DNA of 64,000 nt, taken from a plasmid. The stretch lies in sequence record NZ_CP137560.1; one strand, written 5' to 3'. The translations under genes were made by a program, and so were the position numbers. The notes below the pieces were generated by a model, which had not been told where the DNA came from, ran no database searches, and worked only from the letters and a program-made list of their open reading frames with translations. Positions 52,196-61,645 of this stretch are shown here, piece by piece; position 1 is the first letter of the stretch; each line of letters opens with the position of its first letter.

Positions 52196-53043
52196 TAAGC
52201 CGTCTGAGGCAACTTGATCAGAAAGTTTTTTTTTTGAGTTTCTGTCCAGGAAGCAGGGTATGCATCGTGTCGAAGCATCACATAGCTCAAGAAATCCTCA
52301 ATCAAAAGATTTTGTACTTTCTCGGCAAGAGGGACGCTCCTCTCTGATAATCCTAAAGGATTCCCCATATTGGGCATCTTCTCAAAGAGATAATTTCTGT
52401 TGGCTGCCTCTGAGAAAATATGGCGCAGGTGCGTCTGCATTCTCTCTGGTGGCTGATAGCTGCCAGTACGAAGCTCATTCATATAGCTCGGCAGCCATCG
52501 CAACATCATCATGAGAATTTCATCCTGCTCCTTGTCATAGTTTGTCTTGACCTCTTGGTTTCCCAGTTTCTCTGGCTTAGGCATATTGCTAATACCCATC
52601 GCTGCCAGTTGTTGTATGTTAGCCCAAATCATACCCAAGAACTCCATCGGGTCAATGCTCACTCCATCAAATCGTACTTCCAGATGGAGGAACTTGCCGC
52701 TTTTCCCCACTTCCTGACCTGCTCTGATGCTTGTTCCATAAGGACAGTAAGCTTCTTCAACATGACCATACTTTACCTCATACTTTCCGTATTTGGCAAC
52801 AATATAGTTTCCATGGATGGAATCATGTCCAGCACCGATAATCGTACCAGTGGCAATGGCATAAAGACTTTTACCATTCGTTAGTAAATCCACCCCTTGG
52901 TGGTGGAACTGATTTCCATTGGATGGATGTCTTTGCTCACCATATCCCAGCGTGGTCTGCAATTCTTCATCGTCGCCCAGAGCGAAGGGCATCATAAATC
53001 CACTTCCTGACTCCAGGAGCATATCTTGATAATTCTTTTTCAT
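52195..53043 (-). CDS. M23 family peptidase.
   Basis: HHQGVDL...GHDSIHGNYIV...GKFLHLEVRFDG matches the LytM/M23 motifs. Confidence 0.7.
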   Translation of the reverse strand: MKKNYQDMLLESGSGFMMPFALGDDEELQTTLGYGEQRHPSNGNQFHHQGVDLLTNGKSLYAIATGTIIGAGHDSIHGNYIVAKYGKYEVKYGHVEEAYCPYGTSIRAGQEVGKSGKFLHLEVRFDGVSIDPMEFLGMIWANIQQLAAMGISNMPKPEKLGNQEVKTNYDKEQDEILMMMLRWLPSYMNELRTGSYQPPERMQTHLRHIFSEAANRNYLFEKMPNMGNPLGLSERSVPLAEKVQNLLIEDFLSYVMLRHDAYPASWTETQKKNFLIKLPQTA

Positions 53044-53073
53044 TGTTCTCTAAATTAAATTATTATTCATTGA

Positions 53074-54609
53074 CTAAAGCCCCATACCTCTTGGGCGTTG
53101 AACGATATCCTCTTCTGCGTCTTGTGACACACTCGAGGACGGGATGCTAACTGCAGACTGCAAATAGCCATTAGGTGGTGAAGCTTGCTGATAGCCTTGG
53201 CTTGGGGGTTGTTGGATAGGCATTTGTTGATAGCCTGCCTGACGGTGGTTGATATTCTTAAGAGTCATACCACCCAGCAATAAGCTGGCAGCCTTGCCCA
53301 ACCACCCAAATCTTCCAAACATCATATAGGAAGCTACGGCTAGACTCAAGATGTTCATCTTAGAGACACTGCCGCCTGTTATTTCATTTACGGCATGGTT
53401 CATGCCGCTCATAACCTTATTCAGCATACCATCCTGCCCATAACCTTGTGGGGTATTCTGATAAGGATTGCTCACTTGATAAGGATTCTGGTAGGGGTTT
53501 GGGTAAGATTGTGTACTTGGATCCGAATAGCCACCTTGGTCATTCTCGACCATGCCATTACCAACATAGTCTTTTCCTATTTGATACAAATTAGCACCTT
53601 CGTCAGCTACACCAGCCACAGTTCCTTTTCCTGTCTGATAAAGGTTCACACCTTCATCCACTACTGCTCCTGCAGCATCGGTTACCTTATTATATATGTC
53701 TGGGGCATTATCACCAGCTACAGCTTGTCCTACCATACCACCAAGTCCATTCTCTGAGGCGTTACTTCCACCCAATACATATAAAAGAGGTTTCAGGAAG
53801 CCATCTCCTGAAGCGATGCCATATGCTCCAAGAGCGAAAGCTGAGTGCCATCCCAATGTTTTTGGGTTCTTTGCATAGAATCTTGCTGTCTTCTTTAAGG
53901 TACTTTCTTTCTTGGCGGCTTCCTTGGCAGTTTCTTTTTCAGCCTCCTTGGCGTTCTTTACTTTCTCAGCTGCCTTTTCGGTTGTCTTCGGAGCTTCCTT
54001 AGTTGCTTGTTTTGTGCTGGATTTCATTTCCTCAGCAACTTTCTTTTCTGCTTTGATCGTTTCTTCAGCTACATCCTTCTTTCCCCTGATAGCTTCTTTT
54101 GCCTTAGCTATAGGGTGGAAATTCGGTTTAAAAGATGCCTTTGGCAATGAATTCTCCCAAGAAAGATAACCGCTGTCTTTAAAGATGGGGTTTCTTGCGG
54201 GTTTCATCGAAGGCATCACTTGTGAAGTCTGCTCCGTTACAGAAGGTTTTGGAGAAAATCTATGAAACCAATTCTTCATTCTATCCGTAAAGGAGAGGGT
54301 AGGAGTTGCCTTTTGTACTGTCATAGGAACTTCCTTTGGGGTTCTTTTCCACAAATTATTCCAAGTATCCTTCATGGAAAAATTTAACCTACCATTGAAG
54401 GAAGGAATGAAGTTAAACTTCGGCAATGATCTCTCCTTTGAGATAGGTGATAGGGCTGCCTTACCTTTTTCAGCACCTAAAGGACTGACCTTGGCACCCT
54501 TGACGATGGCTTCTGTCTCTTTTGTGGCATGTAGGGCTTGTTTTCCTCCACGGAAGAAACTCTTGCCTTTTTCCAAGGCTGCCACGCCCAATTCTTTCCA
54601 AAATGCCAT
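53074..54609 (-). CDS. Hypothetical 511-aa low-complexity (K/A/E-rich, then G/N/P/Q/Y-rich) protein.
   Basis: ORF with repetitive NPYQ motifs near the C-terminus. Confidence 0.45.
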   Translation of the reverse strand: MAFWKELGVAALEKGKSFFRGGKQALHATKETEAIVKGAKVSPLGAEKGKAALSPISKERSLPKFNFIPSFNGRLNFSMKDTWNNLWKRTPKEVPMTVQKATPTLSFTDRMKNWFHRFSPKPSVTEQTSQVMPSMKPARNPIFKDSGYLSWENSLPKASFKPNFHPIAKAKEAIRGKKDVAEETIKAEKKVAEEMKSSTKQATKEAPKTTEKAAEKVKNAKEAEKETAKEAAKKESTLKKTARFYAKNPKTLGWHSAFALGAYGIASGDGFLKPLLYVLGGSNASENGLGGMVGQAVAGDNAPDIYNKVTDAAGAVVDEGVNLYQTGKGTVAGVADEGANLYQIGKDYVGNGMVENDQGGYSDPSTQSYPNPYQNPYQVSNPYQNTPQGYGQDGMLNKVMSGMNHAVNEITGGSVSKMNILSLAVASYMMFGRFGWLGKAASLLLGGMTLKNINHRQAGYQQMPIQQPPSQGYQQASPPNGYLQSAVSIPSSSVSQDAEEDIVQRPRGMGL

Positions 54610-54626
54610 AATGATGTATTGTGAAG

Positions 54627-55301
54627 TTAATGAACTGGATAATTGATTCTAACAATGGCACGAGCTTTATGAATCTCGGTCTTTGGTGTCTCTATAATAC
54701 CTCCACCGGTAGTGGAGCATAACCATGCCTGATAGCCTGGATTCTCCTTGACCTCTGTAGAGGTCCAGTACCAAGTATCATCTGTTTTATCAATGGGGAT
54801 TCCACCCAGTTTCTCAATGATACCATTGATATAAGCTGCACTTTTTACCAATAGGCATTGTTCTGCCACGCTAGGTATATAGTCACTTTGCCCTCCGCTG
54901 TGAAAATGAAACATGGTTTCTGCAATTGGGCAGCCCTTACCTGTTTTTTTAAACTTGCTTTGGAACATGGCGATGGTATTGGTATGCCCATCGAAAGCGG
55001 AAATATCCTGGCTTGTACCATTCTCCAGCCCCAGAGAGTCACAAAATGCCCCCCGGGTTTCTTGGAGCATCACAGCAAGGGCAGGATGCTCATCCGTGGC
55101 CTCGGCAAAAATGACACCCACCGCTTTCTTGGTGGATTGACTGAAATAAGTTTGAGTATCCATACAGCTGTGGTCATCACACAGAACATAGCCAACATGT
55201 AATTGATGGTCAGTTGGCTCATGCTCATCACACGAGACCAACAGACTTTGTAAAATGATAGCAAACAGCCCGCAAAAAATAGAAAAATATGTTCTTCTCA
55301 T
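54627..55301 (-). CDS. DUF1566 (Lcl C-terminal domain) lipoprotein.
   Basis: Lipobox LLVSC. The C-terminal WYWTSTEV...AWLCSTTGG...ARAIVRI matches the DUF1566 pattern. Confidence 0.55.
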   Translation of the reverse strand: MRRTYFSIFCGLFAIILQSLLVSCDEHEPTDHQLHVGYVLCDDHSCMDTQTYFSQSTKKAVGVIFAEATDEHPALAVMLQETRGAFCDSLGLENGTSQDISAFDGHTNTIAMFQSKFKKTGKGCPIAETMFHFHSGGQSDYIPSVAEQCLLVKSAAYINGIIEKLGGIPIDKTDDTWYWTSTEVKENPGYQAWLCSTTGGGIIETPKTEIHKARAIVRINYPVH

Positions 55302-55311
55302 TGTCTTTTAA

Positions 55312-55836
55312 TTATAATGGAATCTTAACTCCCAGTGAAACACCAGTCTTGAACCGATCTTTAGCTCTAATGGTAATGTCTTCCTTGATAGCAAAGAATA
55401 CACTCCAACCATCATATAGGTTATAAGTATGTTCATACCCCAAATGAGCAGCACCTATAGCTTTCTCAAAATCACTACCAGCACTGGCACCGATTCTTAA
55501 GCTACCGTGATGGTTGCGGCCTCTTGTTACACAGGGCTTATAAGCAACGCCAATCATCCAGGTGTTATAATGATGCCAAAATGATTTCGGAGTAATGTGT
55601 CCAGCTTCCGGGTCATCTGCATATTGAATGGAGTAACTACCAAAGTACTCCCAGGCATGATGATAGTCACCTTCCTTCTCATAGGCCAGAGTAGCTTCCA
55701 TGGTCTTTGGATATAAGACACCCAAGGAAACTTGAAGGTGGCTTCCATGACTTTGTGCCACCATACTGGTAGGAATACCTATGACCATAAAGGACATAAG
55801 CACTGCTTTTTTGAACTTCTTGATTATTTTGTCCAT
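55312..55836 (-). CDS. Outer-membrane beta-barrel-type protein.
   Basis: Signal peptide, alternating aromatic/hydrophobic strands, and a C-terminal ...GVKIPL. Confidence 0.45.
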   Translation of the reverse strand: MDKIIKKFKKAVLMSFMVIGIPTSMVAQSHGSHLQVSLGVLYPKTMEATLAYEKEGDYHHAWEYFGSYSIQYADDPEAGHITPKSFWHHYNTWMIGVAYKPCVTRGRNHHGSLRIGASAGSDFEKAIGAAHLGYEHTYNLYDGWSVFFAIKEDITIRAKDRFKTGVSLGVKIPL

Positions 55837-55989
55837 GTGCTATAGTTACTTTATTGTTCTCTTAATAGAATGGAGTCGAAGGAATCCGCAGCAAGCAAAT
55901 CCTCATAGTCCAGATTGATGGATATATTTCTACCGCTAATTTGCTTTTCACTCAGAGAGATGCTCAATACCTTGTCGTTAGGAAAGGTC

Positions 55990-56140
55990 ATCTTTATAAT
56001 CCGCAAAACGAAATGTTCGTCAATCGTAAAACGAAACGATATATTTTCAAAACGAAACGTATATTTTTCGTTTCTCCCTCCATTACACAAATAATGTGAT
56101 TATAATCGCTTTTTAACGGCATTATAATCACATTATTTTT
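55990..56140. promoter_or_regulatory. Intergenic repeats: four AAAACGAAA(C/T)G direct repeats plus an AATGTGATTATAAT / ATTATAATCACATT palindrome.
   Basis: gcaaaacgaaatg..gtaaaacgaaacg..caaaacgaaacg..tttttcgtttc, then cacaaataatgtgattataatcgctttttaacggcattataatcacatt. Confidence 0.45.
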
Positions 56141-56563
56141 TTATATATCCTCATACTCTGACTTAGCGTCGAAACAAGGACACCATTTCTTCCATTTTTG
56201 GGGGTCGCTACCCCAAATATCTCTATGTCCCATAATTTGTGCGCCAGGGTATTGACGATGCAGCTCTATAAGCAATGATCTTAAAGCTATTTTTTGCGCT
56301 TCCGTTCGATTATCAACAGGCTTACCCTTACTATCAATACCACCCACGTATGCTACATTAATGGCAGTGGAGTTGTAGCCTTGTACTCCGTTACTGACCT
56401 TACTAATATCTAATAACTGATGCACAACACCATCCTCGGTCACTACCTTGTGATACCCTGGGTTCTTCCAGCCTTTCGCTCTGAACTCTGCAAGGAGTTC
56501 CTTAACTCCCCATTTCTGGCTCGAAGCCGTACAATGAACGAATATTCTTTCAATCTTTCTCAT
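56141..56563 (-). CDS. N-acetylmuramoyl-L-alanine amidase (Amidase_2/PGRP, T7-lysozyme-like endolysin).
   Basis: RIFVHCTAS, GYHKVV..DG, NVAYVGG, IMGHRDI, C..C. The start is placed at MRKIERIF. Confidence 0.75.
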   Translation of the reverse strand: MRKIERIFVHCTASSQKWGVKELLAEFRAKGWKNPGYHKVVTEDGVVHQLLDISKVSNGVQGYNSTAINVAYVGGIDSKGKPVDNRTEAQKIALRSLLIELHRQYPGAQIMGHRDIWGSDPQKWKKWCPCFDAKSEYEDI

Positions 56564-56782
56564 TTTACATAAAAATAAAATAATTAATAAGACTTCCAAA
56601 CACTATCACTACCGAATACCTTATCACGTCTTCCCACTCGAAATGTGAGAGGCAATAATGCTTATATTGATACATTTCTCTGCTTACCATTACAAGCAAA
56701 GCAAACAATCCTGTCAATATACCCATCAGTAGCCAACAAGCAAGACCGATACAGTCTCGCTTGTTGAGAGTAAATAACCTTT

Positions 56783-57307
56783 TCAGCATACGCAAAGCCA
56801 ATAGGTAAGATATACATCGAGGAATGCCGCCACCTCTGCCCAATAGCATCCGACAGCTTTCGGCTTTGCAGCAGGAGGGAAATAGATAATAAGCACCGCA
56901 ATAGCTAATAGTAGAGTAGGGGCAAGATTGACGCTTGAACACCAGCCTACACACCCGATAGCTGCCACAATAGCGCCACCTTTATGAATAGGGTAGGTGT
57001 CCTTATCTATATAATTAGGCGCTGCGCCTACAAACATTAATCCAGCGCACCCCAAGAAGACAAGGCATTGAATACCCTTATCAGAGCCGAGCAGAGGAAT
57101 GAGCATGAGAATAACACTCGTGAACATGACAAGCGTGAACACCCAACCATAATTGCACTTGCGTTTACCTCCGACAATCTCACTGTCAGCACAATTCTGC
57201 AACTGATAATACACATCGCTCACCATATCCGGAACACCGAACCGCATAGCTGCGAGAAGAAGAAATCCTCCAAGCAAGAGGAATGAAATAATACTTAATA
57301 CATACAT
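56783..57307 (-). CDS. Multi-pass membrane protein, possibly a holin-associated or lysis membrane protein.
   Basis: 174-aa ORF with four or more hydrophobic segments, directly upstream of the amidase gene. Confidence 0.4.
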   Translation of the reverse strand: MYVLSIISFLLLGGFLLLAAMRFGVPDMVSDVYYQLQNCADSEIVGGKRKCNYGWVFTLVMFTSVILMLIPLLGSDKGIQCLVFLGCAGLMFVGAAPNYIDKDTYPIHKGGAIVAAIGCVGWCSSVNLAPTLLLAIAVLIIYFPPAAKPKAVGCYWAEVAAFLDVYLTYWLCVC

Positions 57308-57367
57308 AATTTTTCATTTTATTTAGTTAAACATCACTATCATTTTCCCAATGCCAGGGAAATGATA

Positions 57368-57964
57368 TTATATTTTTAGATTGAGCTTTTCAGGATAGCC
57401 CGTCTTGTAATCATAGGCTTTCACCTCTTCGATGGTCGTCAACTTATTAACCTCTGCCTGATGAGTTGCGGTCACATTGTAGCAATCTTTTGCATACACC
57501 TCAATAGTACAGATAAGGTCTTGAGCCGCTGCGATGGGCATGACTAAACACTTTCCATCAAGCCAGAGACTCGTTTCTTCTCGACCCTTATAAGCAATTC
57601 TCTCATTACCGGCAAATACACGATCTCTCAGGTTGAAGTCGAGCCAGTGCTGCTCCCCGTTAAGGTAAAACGCATTGACGGCAGGAGATTTGTCGTAGGC
57701 AGTAATCTCTGCTATCTTATCAGCCTTTGCCTGTTCAAGTTTCAGTGCATCCATCTTAACCGAAAATTCAACAAATGCCTTCTGTATTTCTTCCTCGTCA
57801 AAGGCAGAAACTGCCATGGAGCACTCATAACATTCGTATGCGCCTAATTCCTTATTAAGCGCTTCCCCGATATGATAAATCATCAAGCTTCCAAGCTCAT
57901 ATTGCTTTTTGAAAGCTGCTTCCGGGATAATTGTCCTAATAAAATTAATCTTCATAATCGACAT
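57368..57964 (-). CDS. Hypothetical 198-aa protein.
   Basis: ORF directly downstream of the RT gene on the same strand. Confidence 0.45.
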   Translation of the reverse strand: MSIMKINFIRTIIPEAAFKKQYELGSLMIYHIGEALNKELGAYECYECSMAVSAFDEEEIQKAFVEFSVKMDALKLEQAKADKIAEITAYDKSPAVNAFYLNGEQHWLDFNLRDRVFAGNERIAYKGREETSLWLDGKCLVMPIAAAQDLICTIEVYAKDCYNVTATHQAEVNKLTTIEEVKAYDYKTGYPEKLNLKI

Positions 57965-57972
57965 TTTTATAA

Positions 57973-59130
57973 TTAAACCTTAAATTTATTCATAATCTTG
58001 ATAACCTTCATATTCTTACAATAGAGTCTGTCTTTGTGTGGCATCATCATCCAGGCTTTGCGCCTTATGTGATAGCTGTCACAATAGGCAAGCAGTCCCA
58101 TCAGACTATTGATGCGTCCGACGTATCGTTTTAAGACCTGGCTCGTGGGATTTTCGATCATCCCGAGCTCGTCTATCACGGCATACAGTCGTTCCACTGT
58201 CTGTCTGTTAGGAACAAGTCTGTGAGGTCTTATCATCGTGCCGATGAATCGAACGCCATTGCTCACTCTCTGCAAGGAGATTTTGCGAGGATGTAGCGTC
58301 AATCCTAATTCGTCTCTCAGATATATCCTGCCATCTTGCAGGATGCGATGAAGCAGTCTTCTATCCCTGTTGATGACGATGAAGTCGTCGACATATCTGC
58401 CATATCCACCGTCCGTACCCACCGCCGAGACCATCATCTTATCGAAGTCGGACAACAGCAAATTGGCAAGCAACTGACTTGGAAGATTACCGATAGGAAG
58501 GCCCTTATTCTTGTCACATGTGAACAGCGACTTATTTTTGGGCAGTATATCGAATAACTTCAGGTTGCCGGTCTTGACGCAGTTCTTTGTTGGATCATGC
58601 AACACCACTATCTTCCACAACCATAGCCACCACTCGATATCCTTACCACGATACTTCGTCCTAATCAGCCGTTCCAGTTTGTCATATAACATTTTTCTAT
58701 CGATACTCATGAAAAAGCCCTGAAGGTCGCACTTAAGAACCCAAGCCTCCCGAGTATAGCCTTCGCTCACCCGTTCCATCTGGGCCTTAACCTGCTCGAC
58801 ACCGTAAAGAACACCCTTACCTTGCCTACAAGCAAATGCGCTATCGGTCAGTTCGTCCTCAAGAATATCTCCAAACTTCAACGCAAGAAGATGATGCACG
58901 ACTCTGTCGCGGAAATGAACACAGAACACCTCCCTCAACTTTGGACGAGTCACACAGAAAGCCTTGCTTGGACCTATCTTGTAGGTCAGCCGGTTAAGGT
59001 CTGCGTACAGCTGATAGTTGTTGATTATCGCCTCTGCCTGATAGCTTACACAATCGTCGGTCGAAGTCTTATGCTTGCAGCAGTCGATATACGCCTGTCT
59101 AATATCCTCGATGGAGACATACTCTTGCAT
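57973..59130 (-). CDS. Reverse transcriptase of a diversity-generating retroelement.
   Basis: YGRYVDDFIVI (YxDD catalytic box). The 385-aa size is typical of DGR RTs. It lies adjacent to TR and avd. Confidence 0.85.
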   Translation of the reverse strand: MQEYVSIEDIRQAYIDCCKHKTSTDDCVSYQAEAIINNYQLYADLNRLTYKIGPSKAFCVTRPKLREVFCVHFRDRVVHHLLALKFGDILEDELTDSAFACRQGKGVLYGVEQVKAQMERVSEGYTREAWVLKCDLQGFFMSIDRKMLYDKLERLIRTKYRGKDIEWWLWLWKIVVLHDPTKNCVKTGNLKLFDILPKNKSLFTCDKNKGLPIGNLPSQLLANLLLSDFDKMMVSAVGTDGGYGRYVDDFIVINRDRRLLHRILQDGRIYLRDELGLTLHPRKISLQRVSNGVRFIGTMIRPHRLVPNRQTVERLYAVIDELGMIENPTSQVLKRYVGRINSLMGLLAYCDSYHIRRKAWMMMPHKDRLYCKNMKVIKIMNKFKV

Positions 59131-59197
59131 GATAATTTGATTGTTAGATATACAGAAGGATGGCGAAAAGAATCGGGCATCATCAATATGTGATAAT

Positions 59198-59289
59198 CGA
59201 AAACTGGCAGTACGACGTTGCTGTTCGTCTTGTTGTTGTTGTTCGCACCACTGTTGTAGATCCAGGCGTTACCAGCGCCGTTCTGCGTT
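59198..59289 (-). repeat. DGR template repeat (TR).
   Basis: A ~92-nt match to 59881-59972 with 6 mismatches. All mismatches fall at plus-strand T, which is A on the coding minus strand. Confidence 0.85.
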
Positions 59290-59402
59290 ACCGATGCCTT
59301 CTCCCTTTAAGGTCTGACCACTTCTTCTGAAGAAGTTGCGTGGCGGCATCCCTTGTCATCATCTGATGGCGGCACTCCCACGTTGCCTTAGCTTCGTGGC
59401 TC

Positions 59403-59759
59403 TCACCTCTGCGAAGATCCGAGAGAACTCCTTCGCCATCCGTATGCAAATTGTAGCAGCCTGTCTGTGAGTTTCGTCAGGTTTGTGGCCTTTCGAACAT
59501 CAAGATAGGCGAGGTCGTCGAAAATGCCGACGAATGTGCGTATCTCCCGGACAATCATGATATACTCGTCTATATATTCCACACGTCTTGCCATGCTGCC
59601 GTTTGCCAGATACACCAAGTCCAAGGCTCTTGCTGACTTCTCTGTCATCCGTTCGTAGATACCATATCTCACCACCTTGCTAACATTCCTTCCGTATTCC
59701 AACAACAGCTTGCAGAGCAAGCGTGTATCCTTGTATATTCCCAATCCTTCCGCTAACAT
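59403..59759 (-). CDS. avd: Avd (accessory variability determinant) of the DGR.
   Basis: 118-aa helical, basic small protein positioned between the target gene and TR/RT, the canonical DGR order. Confidence 0.7.
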   Translation of the reverse strand: MLAEGLGIYKDTRLLCKLLLEYGRNVSKVVRYGIYERMTEKSARALDLVYLANGSMARRVEYIDEYIMIVREIRTFVGIFDDLAYLDVRKATNLTKLTDRLLQFAYGWRRSSLGSSQR

Positions 59760-59869
59760 CCTTCTGTTTTATTTATGTTAATTAATTCACTAAAATTCAC
59801 GCCCCTTGCCGTTGCCTCTTTTTACTCCTTAGTGAGCTGGGGTTGTCAAGAGGTAAAGAGGCGAAGAGG

Positions 59870-61627
59870 TCAAGGGCAAGCGAAAACTGGCAGTACGACG
59901 TTGCTGTACGTCTTGTTGTTGCTGCCCGCACCACTGTTGTAGACCCAGGCGTTACCAGCGCCGTACTGCGAACTGGTCCATCGCCAATTGCTCATGACGA
60001 ACTTGTAGTAGGCGTTTCCCACGTCCTCGCCATACAATATGGTCAGTATCTGTTTGATAGGACTCGCATTCGCCATGTGGATAAATTCCTGTCCTGCCGA
60101 CATTTTGAACCCATGCAGCTCCTGACCACCAATACTGAATATCTGGTTGTAGGCGTAGTCTGCCGCCGGCACGGAAAGGCTTCGCTCCTGTGCCTCCTGC
60201 CGGATGAGAAAAGTGCCCGACTCGCCATTGTAGTAGTTGGCGTCTGAGCTAACATTGCCGTTTGAGGCGATGCTTGTAAACAGCAGCTGCTGTGTACACC
60301 ATGGCAGCTTGGGCAACTTGGACATATTTCTAAGGTCGGAGGTTCTAATCATGAACGTACCCTTATTGATCATCAAGGTGGAGTCCGCCACCTTTAGTGC
60401 CACAACATCCTCGCTGTCTCTGCCAGTCGCGACCCAACTGTCGATGTAATACTCGTTGAGATCACCATCCACTACAAAGACGCCTGCCTTAAATTGATAC
60501 ATCCTGTAATCCAATAATCTTTGCGGAACCGCCGCCGTGTAGGTCCTTGTGTTTTTGTTGAAACTGACATAGTAACCTTCTTGATTCTCGACCTTGACGG
60601 TATATTCCTTGCCGTAAGGCACATAGACTGTCACCTGTCCCTTGCTGTCAGAGTGATACTCAACGATCTTCTTGTCATAGGTTACCGACACAGGGATACC
60701 CTCGTAAGCGACGGCCTGGTTGTCTGCCCCATACTTGGTGACCGTCACCACCACCTTCTCACTTGAATCCTCGTCGTATGGCAGATAGCTTAGGTTAATA
60801 TCTCGACTCTCCAATACGGCGGTGAATCCCACAGGAGAGATTGGCTGCGCATTTCCATACTGAGGCACGCTCAGTTCATAATACTCACCTCTATGAACCT
60901 TGAAAACAGCCTTGCCATCATCATCGGTAACGAACGTCTGCGGCGTGGTGCCGTGGTTGTATCTCACAGCTATCGAGATGCCGCCTACCTTTACGCTCTC
61001 CACCGACGAAGTGATTGTCACCGTCACCACCTCATCGATGTCGCCCAAGTTGATACTCTTCACCTCCCCTTGCCGGTTGGTCACGGTAAGCACGTGATCA
61101 ACGAGGTCTGCGTTGACATTCTCGGCTGCCGACAGGGCGGTCTTGGCGTTCTTCGAAGCCTCGCTCGCTGTGTCCGCCGCTCTCTGAGCTGCATCCACAA
61201 GTCCTTTCGCCTGCGAGATGAGTTGCTCTAATTCCACGCTTGGAGGCAGTATCACCAAGGAGGTGTCCATCTCTACGCTGTTGTCTCCTTCGTCAGTTTC
61301 TCCAAACTCGGTGTCGCCGTCCTTATTGTACTCCACGATGGCTATCTGCTCGTATTCCTTGCTCTGCCATGCGTTGCCCAATTTTCTGCCGCTCACCACG
61401 AGCGAATAGACATCCTTCTTAACGCGGTCGCCCTTTACTTCAGCGATGATTACGTTGTCGTGCTCAATGTCGAGCGTGTAGGCGAGGGTAAGGATGGAGA
61501 AGCTGCCCACCAGCTGCACCTTAATGTCAGTACACCCTGTCAATGGGAACGGCACGATGTCGCCGTTTACTTTCTTCGACACCGGAATCTTCAGTGCGAA
61601 GTCATTTCCTTTCACTATTTTTTTCAT
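59870..61627 (-). CDS. DGR target protein: 585-aa putative receptor-binding or surface protein with the VR encoded at its C-terminus (CLec-like variable region).
   Basis: The VR overlaps the last ~30 codons (...NAWVYNSGAGSNNKTYSNVVLPVFACP*). A GC-rich inverted repeat (cccttgcc...ggcaaggg) lies just downstream, resembling the DGR cis-hairpin. Confidence 0.8.
   Translation of the reverse strand: MKKIVKGNDFALKIPVSKKVNGDIVPFPLTGCTDIKVQLVGSFSILTLAYTLDIEHDNVIIAEVKGDRVKKDVYSLVVSGRKLGNAWQSKEYEQIAIVEYNKDGDTEFGETDEGDNSVEMDTSLVILPPSVELEQLISQAKGLVDAAQRAADTASEASKNAKTALSAAENVNADLVDHVLTVTNRQGEVKSINLGDIDEVVTVTITSSVESVKVGGISIAVRYNHGTTPQTFVTDDDGKAVFKVHRGEYYELSVPQYGNAQPISPVGFTAVLESRDINLSYLPYDEDSSEKVVVTVTKYGADNQAVAYEGIPVSVTYDKKIVEYHSDSKGQVTVYVPYGKEYTVKVENQEGYYVSFNKNTRTYTAAVPQRLLDYRMYQFKAGVFVVDGDLNEYYIDSWVATGRDSEDVVALKVADSTLMINKGTFMIRTSDLRNMSKLPKLPWCTQQLLFTSIASNGNVSSDANYYNGESGTFLIRQEAQERSLSVPAADYAYNQIFSIGGQELHGFKMSAGQEFIHMANASPIKQILTILYGEDVGNAYYKFVMSNWRWTSSQYGAGNAWVYNSGAGSNNKTYSNVVLPVFACP
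59881..59972 (-). repeat. DGR variable repeat (VR) at the extreme 3' end of the target gene.
   Basis: See TR. Mismatches: TR t to VR a/c at 6 positions (gtTcg/gtAcg; ttgTtgTtCgc/ttgCtgCcCgc; agaTcc/agaCcc; cgtTct/cgtAct). The VR ends 8 nt before the stop codon. Confidence 0.85.
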
Positions 61628-61645
61628 AAGCTTATATAAAATTTA

